Positions 24,641 to 35,569 are shown, counted from the stretch's first letter. The stretch: 36,127 nucleotides of DNA from Octopus sinensis (GCF_006345805.1 NW_021831928.1:1-36127); one strand, 5' to 3'. Notes: generated by a model from the letters alone, not told the origin. Program-made: numbers and translations.

Positions 24641-25055
24641 AGGCGACGAGCTGGCAGAAACGTTAGCACGCCGGGCGAAATGCGTAACCGTATTTCGTCT
24701 GCCGCTACGTTCTGAGTTCAAATTCCGCCGAGGTCGACTTTGCCTTTCATCCTTTCGGGGTCGGTTAAATAAGTACCAGTTATGCACTGGGATCGTATAA
24801 GCGACTTAATCCCTTTGTCTGTCCTTGTTTGTCCTCTCTGTGTTTAGCCCCTTGTGGGTAGTAAAGAAATAGAAATAGGTATTTCGTCTGCCGTTACGTT
24901 CTGAGTCCAAATTCTGCCGAGGTCGACTTTGCCTTTCATCCTTTCGGGTTGATAAATTAAGTACTAGTTACGCACTGGGGTCGATATAATCGACTTAATC
25001 CGTTTGTCTGTCCTTGTTTCTCCCCTCTATATTTAGCCTCTTGTGGGCAATAAAA
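24641..25055 (+). mobile_element. SINE family A dimer (full unit + headless unit)
   Basis: Full unit 24641-~24870. The second unit starts at the junction aaagaaatagaaataggtatttcgt. Confidence 0.85.
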
Positions 25056-25172
25056 ATTTTTTAAAAAATAAGTATCTATCTATCTATCTATGAACCCGTC
25101 TGTCTGTCGGCCTATCTATCTGTCTATCTGTCTGTCTGGTGGTCTATCTATCTATCTATTTCTCTCTCTCTC

Positions 25173-25208
<36 letters not shown>

Positions 25209-25636
25209 CACACACACACATACACACATATATATACACACACACACATGAAAGTTTCAAAAATTAAACAGAAGTTCGACAAAGGAACGAACGGAAAATT
25301 CACAGACAAGACACAGACGAGCTCTTTCCTCGTCAGTTATCGTCCAAAAGAATCATTACAATTTCACGCCTTTAATGTGTGTGCGTGTGTGTGCGTGCGC
25401 GTGTGAATGTATGTATCTTTATATGTATATATGACTGGAATTGGGTTTTAAAAAATCGAACATTACTCATGATAAGTTGTTACAATACAACCATATCTAA
25501 CCAGCCAGCCAGCCATACAATCTTTGCATCAACAGATTCCGTCTGATCCATGCAAGTACGGAAGAAGTGGACATTAAATGATGATGATGATGATGATGAT
25601 GAGGAGGAGGAGGAGGAGGAGGATGTTGCTACCATA

Positions 25637-25688
<52 letters not shown>

Positions 25689-25915
25689 ATGATGAGGAGG
25701 AGGAGGAGGAGGAGGGGGAGGAGTAGCAGCAGGAGGAGAAGGAGGAGGAGGAGGAGGAGGATATTGCTCTTTTACTGGATCCAGATATTGACCACTGGTC
25801 ATTCCAAGGCTCAAGAGAATTTCATGTAAATACTGATTCTTCGGGGTTTTTTCTCTCTCTCTCTTTTTCTTTCTTTGTGTTGTTGTATATATTTATTTTT
25901 CTCCTCTATTTCCAG

Positions 25916-26083
25916 CGTGTCCCTGAAAACACCAATCAGTGATTACCTGGACGACATTGAGTTTTCTACAGAACAAAGAACGAAATATGCAAATATTGAA
26001 GACTTACTGGCGCATCGAATGGGTTTACCAAGAAACAACTTTCTGCGACTGAATCAAAATTTCAACAGACAAACCATTCCAAA
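25916..26083 (+). CDS. Coding exon 2 of the beta-lactamase-like gene
   Basis: Pyrimidine-rich acceptor ttttctcctctatttccag|C completes codon AAC with exon 1. Encodes VSLKTPISDYL...ANIEDLLAHRMGLP (family LLxHxxG motif). Donor AA|GTAAGT at 26084, phase 2. Confidence 0.93.
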
Positions 26084-26169
26084 GTAAGTTGCACTTTTAT
26101 TATAAACAGAGCAGATCTTTATACAATGGTATTCCATCCATGACGTTCCACTCTGATGAGTATTTAGAA

Positions 26170-26417
26170 CCTAGCGCATCTCTTTCAAATGCTATGCGTA
26201 GAGTTTCGTTCAACACTGATGCAGAATTGAGAGCTTGGTTGAATCAATTTTTCGAGTCGAAATCGGGTGATTTCTCCCAACAAGATATTGAAAATCTTGT
26301 TGAACGTTGGGAAGAGGTTGTAAACAATATTATTGATTAATTAGTTGTTATTTTTTAATAAACCTTTTAAAAAATTTAAAATTTAAAAACGGCGGGAAAT
26401 TAGTTGCCAAACCAATA
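26170..26417 (+). mobile_element. Mariner 3' remnant in intron 2
   Basis: SLSNAMRRVSFNTDAELRAWLNQFFESKSGDF...IENLVERWEEVVNN is a mariner transposase C-terminus. It ends in the TIR-like aaaaacggcgggaaattagttgccaaaccaata. Confidence 0.8.
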
Positions 26418-26482
26418 GTAATAATTCTTTCATTTCTCATGTTTTATATTCAAAAAAAAAAAAACCCAAATAAATAAAACAG

Positions 26483-26746
26483 GTTCCTTAAATATTTCGA
26501 AGAAATTGCGGATTTCCGAGGCAGTTATGTGTATAGCAATATCATGTACGGATTGGCGACTTTAATTACGGAGAAACTGGCCAACAACACGTGGGAAGAT
26601 GTAGTTACAGAGAAAATTCTTCGTCCATTGGGGATGAATGCAACGAAATTCAGCACAAGGTCCAGTGGGGACGCGGAGAACATCGCCAGGTCTTATGTGG
26701 AACAGGAGAAAAAACGTCTGGTACAAGTGCCATTTTCTTTCAAACG
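26483..26746 (+). CDS. Coding exon 3 of the beta-lactamase-like gene (YxN motif)
   Basis: Acceptor aaaacag|G in phase 2. Encodes FLKYFEEIADFRGSYVYSNIMYGLA...KILRPLGMNAT, with the Y-S-N motif and the PLGM motif. Donor CG|GTTAGT at 26747. Confidence 0.9.
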
Positions 26747-26802
26747 GTTAGTATCTTCTGAATATTATGCTGTGGGTTCTGTGGATTCTTAGACGTAAAG
26801 AT

Positions 26803-26828
26803 GGTGCTGCTGCTGTTGTTGTTGTTGC

Positions 26829-26873
<45 letters not shown>

Positions 26874-27260
26874 GGTGGTGGTGGTGGTGGTGGTGGTGGT
26901 GGTGGTGGTGGTGGTGATGGTAGTGGTTGTGATGACGGCAGCGGTTGTGTGATGGGGTAGTGTGGCGGTGGTTGTTGTGGTATGGTGGTGGTAGTGGTGG
27001 TAGAATGATGATGATTATGATGACGATAATGATGATGATTATGATGACGATAATGATGATGATGGTGATGGCTGATTCGGGAGATTCTGTGGTAGTGCTG
27101 GTGGTGGTCCTGGGATGTTGTTGTTGATGATGATGATGATGATGATGATGACGACGACGACGACGGCCGCTGTGGCGGCGGTGGCGGCCTTAACGGAATC
27201 GGTAGTCGCGGTGGAAGGTTGTCGATCATGATGATGATGATAACAAGGAGGAGGAGGAGG
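26803..27260. repeat. (GTT)n/(GGT)n/(GAT)n trinucleotide block
   Basis: Direct reading. Lies in intron 3. Confidence 0.9.
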
Positions 27261-27465
27261 AAAGGATGGGGCTACTACTGGTGGTCGTCGTGACAGAGTT
27301 CACAATCCACCTCTTCCTCCTCCTCTCCCTTCTCATCATCATCATCATCATCATCACCATCATGCTTGCGATGACCTTAACGACAATGAGAATGTAATAC
27401 AATACTCCTTTGTTCTCTTGTCTTCGCCCCCTCCCGCACCTCTCCCACCTCTCCCACCTCTCTCT

Positions 27466-27496
<31 letters not shown>

Positions 27497-27614
27497 ATTA
27501 TGGTGTACCAGAAATCAACACGGTCTTCCAAACGGTCTTCCGTCAACCAAAGTTCATTGAAGAAACACTGTGTAATGTAGGTCTGGCACTAGTCCTCATC
27601 GTGGTTACATCTCC

Positions 27615-28110
27615 TTACAGCTAAATGGACTATGCCATACTGTTGTACCTGGTTTTGGTTACGTGGCCTGCCCAACACTGTAGAATCTACTCAAAACTCG
27701 GTAAACTATATCACATTGCAGTATCTATTTAGAGCTATGAACGCAACCATTATGTGGTACCTATGTGCAGCGACGAGAACTTTACCACATTATGGTTCCC
27801 TATTTAAAGATAGGTAGAACGTACCAGATGGTGATGCCTACCTATTATATGGTACCTTCATACAGCTAAGAAGAGTGTACCACATTGTGCTGCCTATTTA
27901 GAAGTCGGTGGACTGTGCCATTGTGTGATAATTACATAAAATTATGTAAACTAGTATTATGTGGCACCAACTAACAGTTAGGTGGACTGAACGACATTGT
28001 AGTACATGCAGTCATATGGGTCATACTATTCTGTGGTACCGATTTTGAGTTACATGAAGTGAAGCACCGTATGGAACATATGTACAGCTAAACAAATTTG
28101 CTCTGTGGAA
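27615..28110. repeat. Degenerate ~33-38-bp minisatellite
   Basis: Recurring units resembling ACAGCTAGGTGGACTGTACCACATTGTGGTACCTAT, for example acagctaagaagagtgtaccacattgtgctgcctattt and acagttaggtggactgaacgacattgtagtac. Confidence 0.55.
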
Positions 28111-28851
28111 CATGGGATGAAGTATTCTGCAGACCTAAATTATCAGGTCATCCCATAAGTTCTGTCCGAATTTTGAATAAAGAAAACAAGTGATCAAATG
28201 TTATATTTAATTGAAATTTAATCAACAAACGCTCCCCATCCCACACTGCCAGTAATTCACCATAGTTTTTTCTAAAACTTGTCTGCCATACTGTTATTTT
28301 TATTTTGCAATTTGTGAACAACAGTGCTGTCGGCTACAGATATGCCAAAGACTCTCCGAGATTAATGTGACTGAAGAAGCCATTAACGTTCCGATAAAGC
28401 TGTTGCAAGTTGATAACTGACGGGAGATAATTCAAAATGGCCGACATTGTGGGAGGAAAAGAAAGGACTATTCTGCATATAGTGTTTAATGAGGGGGTGG
28501 TACTGTGACAGAGAATGGTATATATATATAAATATACACACAATATGAGTGATGAGAAGAGGAAAGATAAGTGAGTCGAGACTGTCTAAAAGACAGCACC
28601 GAGAAACAGAAAGTCATAATAGGGGTTGAAAAGACAATGAGAAGACGTAGCATACCTGGGGGTCAAATATTGGTGTATGGTGGCCAAATACTGGAGCATG
28701 AAGGCAATCACTTGAACGGAAATCCTCCTCCAGACGCAATTTAAGACACACAATCCCATATGACCGAGCCATACTTCATTAGAGGTTGGGGGGGGGATAA
28801 AGTATTTTTGGGATTTGAAGAAAAAGATCATTCCCTGAGATGGAGTCTTTA

Positions 28852-29182
28852 CGACTGCGGCCATGCTGGGGCACCACCTTGAAGAATTTTATGGTCGGAT
28901 GAATCAACCCCAGCAGTTATTTTTTTTTTAAAGCTTAGTACTTATTCCATCGGTCTATTTTACCGAACCGCTTTTATCGGACACAGACAAAAAGACACAC
29001 ACACACACACACACGTGTGTGTGTGTACAACAGGCTTCTTTCAGTTCCCGTCGACCAAATCCACTCACAAGGCTTTGGTCGGTCCGAGGCTATAGTAGAA
29101 GACACTTGCCCAACGTGCCACGCAATGGGACTGAACCCAAAATCATGTGGTTGGGAAACAAGCGTGTTACCACACAGCCAGG
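28852..29182 (-). mobile_element. SINE family B in intron 3
   Basis: Tail ctgcggccatgctggggcaccacc, a CA/TG tract, and head ggctatagtagaagacacttgccc...gggactgaacc. Confidence 0.8.
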
Positions 29183-29494
29183 CCTATGCTATGTAAATCA
29201 TTCTCCTTCTTTCCCTGTCTGCTGCTTTGTAACCGTATTTTCTGGCAGACAAGTCAACGTAGCATGCATTCAAACATCGTCTCCATCTTTCCAAATCCTG
29301 CTGCCTTTCCCATGGAACCATTTAGTTCTTCAAAGTCGTCTTGGTGCATAAGTCGACCCGCCTTTTTGTTTTCTTTTTTGGTTGTAAATTTTGACCTGAA
29401 AACTTCGACTTATATGCCTGAAAATACGGTATTTATCACATGTGAAGAACTACATTCAAAACAACACTAATGCCTCACTTTCGGTTGTTTACAG

Positions 29495-29718
29495 GAAATG
29501 GGCCGATATTGGTGCTTCCGGCTCAATACAGACTACTGCTAATGATATATCGAAATGGATGCGGTTCCTCCTCAACGGCAACACTTCGCTTCTGTGTAAT
29601 ATTTTCAAAGTTCGTAATTTTGCAATACAAACTAAAAATCGATTTCATCGACCGGAGATGCCGGTTGAGTATTCCAATAGCCAATATGCTTTGGGATGGA
29701 ATAAAGGTCATTATAGAG
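29495..29718 (+). CDS. Coding exon 4 of the beta-lactamase-like gene
   Basis: Acceptor ttgtttacag|G in phase 2. Encodes KWADIGASGSIQTTANDISKWMRFLLNG...YALGWNKGHYRG, matching the family pAGgi.st..D..kw and YglGW motifs. Donor G|GTTGGT at 29719, phase 1. Confidence 0.9.
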
Positions 29719-29767
29719 GTTGGTACTAAGTAGTTTCTTCTTCTTCTTCTTCTTCTTCTTATTCTTC

Positions 29768-29842
<75 letters not shown>

Positions 29843-29843
<1 letters not shown>

Positions 29844-30401
29844 TGAGTGAGAGAGCAGTGCATGCCATCAAAGTGACACTGGGGTAAAATATACGAAGCC
29901 CAATATACCCATCATGACTACCCGTCTGATAAAGGTACACTAGGCACATGCATCACAACCATATGTGCGCGACATGGTGATCTCATATCAAGATAAACAG
30001 CGCATGACCTTGCAGGTAGGGCCCAGTTAAAATTTTCTTCTGGTCTAGTAATCCATCCCGTTCAAAAGGTAACTGAATAAGGTTTGTTTAAGGATGATGA
30101 ACGAAACACCTATGTTTCCAAGGGTGAATTATCCAACCCCCAAATAATTCCTTCCAATACATGGCTATGATGCGCCCCCCCCCCCGCTACTTCTGCCGGT
30201 GATCAGAGATGCACATATCGTCAGCCACTAAGGGACATGCTCAACTGGTTAAGGTCAAACAACTGACAAGCAAATCTGTGGTATTGAGCAGAATATTTGC
30301 TGTAGCCCATCTTTTATACCAAGACAAAATGTACATGATAACACTTCCAATCAGTTAGATCAGAAGTCATGAGAGCCACTGCCTGGTACTGCATCAGGGC
30401 A
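29843..30401 (-). mobile_element. Repeat family D with (TAA)n tail, intron 4
   Basis: Colinear with 13939-14476. Flanked by (TAT)n at 29765-29842 and 30406-30473. Confidence 0.8.
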
Positions 30402-30473
30402 TTTATTATCATTATTATTATTATTATTATATTATTATTATTATTATATATTATTATTATTATTATTATTATT

Positions 30474-30992
30474 CAGTAGTTTTATTTTTATAGCGTGCTT
30501 TCACTTCACTACCGAGCGCAGCTCTGTGTGCCTTGGGTATGTGCTGTGATTTGTTGTGATGCTCTGATGGTTATTGTATGGAAAGTGTTCTGCGTAGGAT
30601 GTGTGCAGTGCCTAGTAGTGCAATTTTCTGTATGTTATATGTGTTTGTAAGTCCTGGTGTTTTTGTTATGTATTTGTCTGAATATTTTTTATCATGCCTA
30701 ATGCACCTACTATGATAGGGATTGTTTCTGTTTTTAGATTCCACATTCTGGTTACCTCTATTTCCAGGTCTTTGTATATTGAAAGTTTCTCCATTTCTTT
30801 TAGAGACACGTTGTCATCTGCCGGTATTGATACATCAATTAGAAAGCATTTTTTTTCTTCATGATCTCTGACAACTATATCTGGTCTGTTGGCCTTAATT
30901 TCTCTATCTGTGCGTATCGGCATATCCCAGAGTATGGTTGCTTTCTCGTTTTCTGTGACCTTTTCTGGTGTGTGCCTATACCATTTTTTTCC

Positions 30993-30994
<2 letters not shown>
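30474..30994 (-). mobile_element. 5'-truncated R4/Dong-type element inserted in (TAA)n
   Basis: TDREIKANRPDIVVRD...CFLIDVSIPAD...KEMEKLSIYKDLEIEVTRMW...PIIVGALG is a PD-(D/E)xK restriction-like endonuclease. TAT tracts on both sides. Confidence 0.88.
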
Positions 30995-31030
<36 letters not shown>

Positions 31031-31103
31031 TATTATTATTATTATTACTTTTTTTTTTCTTCTTTCAAATTTGCTTCCATTTCTTGCCGAGTGTCTTCCC
31101 GAC

Positions 31104-31151
<48 letters not shown>

Positions 31152-31335
31152 GTCATGTGCCGCTTGTCGGACGGTCCATTTGCTGTCAAAACACGTTGCG
31201 TGGAGGACTGGGCATGCTGTGGCTGATGATGCGCAGACATGCGCTGAGACTGTGACAGCTCCAGCGATACCTTAACGGTGACCAGGTATGGTCGCCGTTT
31301 GTTGAACGCACTATTCCGCAGCTCGTCAACAATAA
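31152..31335 (+). mobile_element. L1/Tx1-like ORF2 fragment
   Basis: HVPLVGRSICCQNTLRGGLGMLWLMMRRHALRL*QL matches the post-RT GGLG motif region of L1/Tx1 ORF2. Confidence 0.65.
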
Positions 31336-31339
31336 CAAC

Positions 31340-31480
31340 ATCGAAAAATACCTTAGGAATGAGAACCCAGGTTCGAAATTTCCCCAAGACACCTGGTGAA
31401 GGGTATATCAGCCGAAACGTTGTGTTAACAACAAATAAGATGAGGACAAATATCCGTGAAATATAAATAATTACAATTAT
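31340..31480 (+). repeat. Short repeat with degenerate hammerhead-like motif (intron 4, sense)
   Basis: acac-CTGGTGA-agggtatatcagcc-GAAACGTT-gtgt at 31389-31425. Confidence 0.5.
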
Positions 31481-31502
31481 CATTATCATCATCATTATCA
31501 TT

Positions 31503-32090
31503 AAGGCGGTGAGCTGGCAGAAACGTTAGCACGCCGGGCGAAATGCTTAGCGGTATTTCGTCTGCGTTACGTTGTGAGTTCAAATTCCGCCGAGGTCGAC
31601 TTTGCCTTTCATCCTTTCGGGGTCGATAAATTAAGTACCAGTTACGCACTGGGGTCGATGTAATCGACTTAATACCTATGTCTGTCCTTGTTTGTTCCCT
31701 CTGTGTTTAGCCCCTTGTGTGTAATAAAGAAATAGAAATAGGTATTTCGTGTGCGTTACGTTCTGAGTTCAAATTCCGCCGAGGTCGACTTTGCCTTTCA
31801 TCCTTTCGGGGTCGATAAATTAAGTACCAGTTACGCACTGGGGTCGATGTAATCGACTTAATACCTATGTCTGTCCTTGTTTGTCCCCTCTGTGTTTAGC
31901 CCCTTGTGAGTAGTAAAGAAATAGGTATTTCACCCGTTGGTACGTTCTGAGTTCAATATCCGCTGAGGTCGATTTTACCTTTCGATAAAATAAGTACCCG
32001 TTAAACACTGGGGTCGATGTAATCGATTCATCCCCTCCTCCAGAATCGCTGCCCCTGTGGCAAAATTTGAAGCTATGATTATTATCATTA
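31503..32090 (+). mobile_element. SINE family A trimer
   Basis: Full unit 31503-~31740, a near-identical headless unit 31741-~31925, and a more diverged third unit to ~32085. Confidence 0.85.
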
Positions 32091-32099
32091 TTATTATTA

Positions 32100-32470
32100 T
32101 TAACTTTTTCAAGTTTTACTTGAAAAGGAAGTTGAGGGTGAAGAGGGAAGTTTTGACTTGTAGCAAGTTTATTGAAAGGTGGGTGAATGTTGGAAGAACA
32201 CCCAGTGGGAAAGGACCAATTCTGAGCGTGCACCTGTAAAAAAAAAATGGTGAGGAGAAGGGCTCTTGCCCTGTTGTTCAGCTACCCGTGGCTTTTGTGG
32301 GTTTTTCGACGAGGACCTTAAAGAGGACTCCCTATTGGGAGTTTTAATTTGTTCAGTTTTAATTATTACATTGTGTACCCGCGAAAACCCATTGTGTCGT
32401 CCAGTTTTTGTCTTTTATGTTGTATGTCATTTAATGTTTTGTTTGTGACCTCTTGTGGCTAATAAAAGGA
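32100..32470 (+). mobile_element. Probable L1/Tx1-like 3' end
   Basis: FFKFYLKRKLRVKREVLTCSKFIERWVNV...* followed by a T-rich UTR, then ctcttgtggctaataaaagga and a TAT tail. Confidence 0.5.
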
Positions 32471-32589
32471 TAAATTATTATTATTATTATTATTATTAAT
32501 ATTATTATTATAATAATTTATTATTGTTGTTGTTGTTATTATTATTATTGTTGTTGTTATTATTATTATTATCATTGTTGTTGTTGTTG

Positions 32590-32699
<110 letters not shown>

Positions 32700-32715
32700 T
32701 GTAGTAGTAGTAGTA

Positions 32716-33120
32716 AAGCAGCGATCTGGCTGAATCGTTAGCACGCCAGACAAAATGCTTCGTGGCATTTCGTACATCTTCACGTTCTGAGTTCAAATTC
32801 CGTCGAGGTCTACTTTGCGTTTCAACCTTCCGTGGGTCAATAAAATAAGTTGAGCACTGGAGGAGGGTGGTTCGATGTAATCGACACATCCCCTCCTCCC
32901 ACCCAAAATTGCTTCCCTTGTGGCAAAATTTGAAACCGCTGGACGAAATGCTTAGCGGTATTTCGTCCGTTTTTCTGTTCTCAGTTCAAATTCTGCCGAG
33001 GTCGACTTTGCCTTCCTTTCAAAGTCGATTGCACCGATTGAACACTGGGATTGATGTAATCGATTTACCTCCTACCCCGATATTGCTGGCCTTGTGCCAC
33101 AATTTGAAATTAATATTATC
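32716..33120 (+). mobile_element. Two diverged SINE family A units just upstream of exon 5
   Basis: gatctggctgaatcgttagcacgcc...gagttcaaattccgtcgagg. A second unit from ~32940 (cgaaatgcttagcggtatttcg). Confidence 0.75.
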
Positions 33121-33148
33121 GCTTGTTTTCCTTTTTGTATATTTTCAG

Positions 33149-33771
33149 GATATCCCATTATAGTACACACGGGAACAAGCTGGGGAGATGCTTCAATTTT
33201 GCTCCTTTTCCCAGAAGAAAAATTAGCAGTCTTCGGTGTCCTTACTGGCTCAGATACCAAACATTTGAAAAGAATATTATTAGCGCAATACGTGGCTGAT
33301 CTATATCTTGGTTTTGAACCCTGGATAAATGCGACTTCCATAAAGGATTTTGTAGTTCCAAAGCACAAATCCAAGTGTCCAAGACCAGCTGCAAGAAGAA
33401 GCACCATTGGTTTGTTTCCCAGAAATTTCCCCGAGTGTCGGAAAACAATTACGAAACCAAACAATATTAGTATCTTACCAAGTAATTTTTCTAGCTATGA
33501 CGGAATCTATAACAATATATTGTGGGGGAACATTACTGTGACTTACAACACGGAATCACAAGGACTATTCTTCACATACGGTTTTGCAACATTTCAATTG
33601 CTTCCAAGATCGCGAAAACACAGAAGTTTTGCAGCAAAAGGAATTGGAGAAATGTGTTTTATGAGACTGAGTTCGATAAATTTCGAATATACTCGGAACA
33701 AAGGAATTACATCGATGACAATTCCGTCCTTCGAGAGGTCAATGCCACCGACGTTTTTGAAAATAAGTTAA
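33149..33771 (+). CDS. Coding exon 5 (last) of the beta-lactamase-like gene (HTG motif + C-terminal domain)
   Basis: Acceptor ctttttgtatattttcag|GA in phase 1. Encodes GYPIIVHTGTSWG (HTG at 33166-33174), LLLFPEEKLAVFGVLT, and a C-terminal domain beginning near YDGIYNNILWGNITV. Stop TAA ends at 33771. Total CDS 1614 nt, in frame. Confidence 0.92.
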
Positions 33772-33962
33772 ACTGGAAAACAGAAAACACACACATACAC
33801 ACAAACACATACACGCATGCACGCACACATGCATACACACGCGCGTGCACACACGTTTACACATATTTAGACATGTTTTTTTCTCTCCTCTCTCCTCTCT
33901 CTCTCTCTCATCTCTCTCTCCTCTCTCTCTCTCTCTCTCTTTCTGTATATATGATGTGTGTT

Positions 33963-34003
<41 letters not shown>

Positions 34004-34024
34004 TATATATATTATAATATATTA

Positions 34025-34055
<31 letters not shown>

Positions 34056-34251
34056 TTGCAAAACCCAGGTTTGGGAACCCACTTTTCATCGACAATCGGT
34101 GATTGTCACACGCTGTCACAATACTCAGCTGGAGGAGGTGTCCTCCTGGGGCTACAAGCTACAGTAGCATCCACCCTTAAGGTTTACCCACATTTAGGTG
34201 GCAAATATACTTAACGATGTCGTGCAGCTACTAATTATACCTCGCTCAGAG

Positions 34252-34295
<44 letters not shown>

Positions 34296-34381
34296 ATATA
34301 AAAATATATATATATATATATGTAAATAGATAGAGACTATTTGCACACACATGCACATATATGTATAGAGAGAGTTTTTCT

Positions 34382-34448
<67 letters not shown>

Positions 34449-34835
34449 TCTCACACACATTAAGAAACAATTACTTTCCAGTTCACATCCAGAATAGAAG
34501 AAATGTTTGAATGTAAGATTATTACACCTGAAGACCACCCGAAACCACCTGACGATATAGAACGATTGAAATGAAATACTCAACAACAAAATCTCACACA
34601 CACACAGACAAAGAAGAAATTAATAATTGAAACATTTTAAATTATTGATTGCAATTATATAACATCTAATTACAATTTGTGATTCAAGCATAAACAGTGT
34701 TCTCGGCTTTATTTCTTGTAGATAACACCATTTTTTTATCATTATTTGTTTTTCCTTAAGTGGATTTCATGGTTTTTGAAATCTGAGTGAAAAGTGTTAC
34801 CTTAGTCCATTGACAATAGCCAAATGACTCACTGT

Positions 34836-35060
34836 GGAGGCACGTGGCTTAGTGGTTAGGGTGTTGGCCTCAAGATCATAAGATTGTGATTTCGATTCCT
34901 GGACAAGGTGTTGAGTTGTGCTCTTGAGTAAAACACTTCATTTCACCTTGCTCTAGCCCACTCAGCTGGCAAAAATGAGTAATCCTGCGACGGTCGAGCG
35001 TCCCATCCAGTAGCAATATGCACCACAGCAGCTGAGACATCGAGCTTATGAGCCGGGAAC
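34836..35060 (+). mobile_element. SINE family C
   Basis: ggaggcacgtggcttagtggttaggg...tttcgattcctgg...cttgagtaaaacacttc...cactcagctggcaaaaatgag. Homologous to 8404-8550. Confidence 0.8.
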
Positions 35061-35343
35061 GAGCATAATCCATTTTTACTGTTTATCCATAACCAGGACC
35101 AGCATCACGAAGTGTGTTGTAGGGCAGGGGCCTTTCAATCAAACCATCCGACAGAAAACCCCCATAAAAAGAGAAAAGACCAAAACAATATCTGTCCCCT
35201 ACTGCAGCAGAATCACCCAAACTCATTCAACTTCTTTGCACCCCTTAAAAAAAAACCCCAGAAACACCATTTTTGATATCATAAACCAAATATTCTTCTC
35301 TCGAACTTTTCTTTTTCCCATTTTTCTTCTTTCTGTCTTTTAT

Positions 35344-35344
<1 letters not shown>

Positions 35345-35374
<30 letters not shown>

Positions 35375-35517
35375 CTTCTTCTTCTTCTTCTTCTTCTTCT
35401 TCTACAACTACTACTACAACTACTACTACAACTACTACTACTACTCTTCCTAATTCTTCTTCTTCTTCTCCTCTTCCTAATTCTTCTTCTTCTTCTTCTA
35501 CTACTACTACTACTACA

Positions 35518-35569
<52 letters not shown>

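Noticed and set aside
25270-25350. CTGACGA on the minus strand as a hammerhead
   Set aside because: No convincing stem II, GAAA or stem III arrangement.
26089-26340. ORF in intron 2 as a possible extra exon
   Set aside because: It is a mariner transposase remnant. Exons 2 and 3 join in phase without it.
27615-28110. CRISPR-like array
   Set aside because: The units are degenerate and contiguous with no unique spacers, and the context is a eukaryotic intron.
28141-28200. Possible Tc1/mariner terminal repeat (tatcaggtcatcccataagttctgtccg)
   Set aside because: No partner end or transposase remnant was found in the window, so it cannot be supported.
33772-34800. Polyadenylation signal for the gene
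   Set aside because: No clear AATAAA near the stop codon could be assigned, so the 3' end is left undefined.
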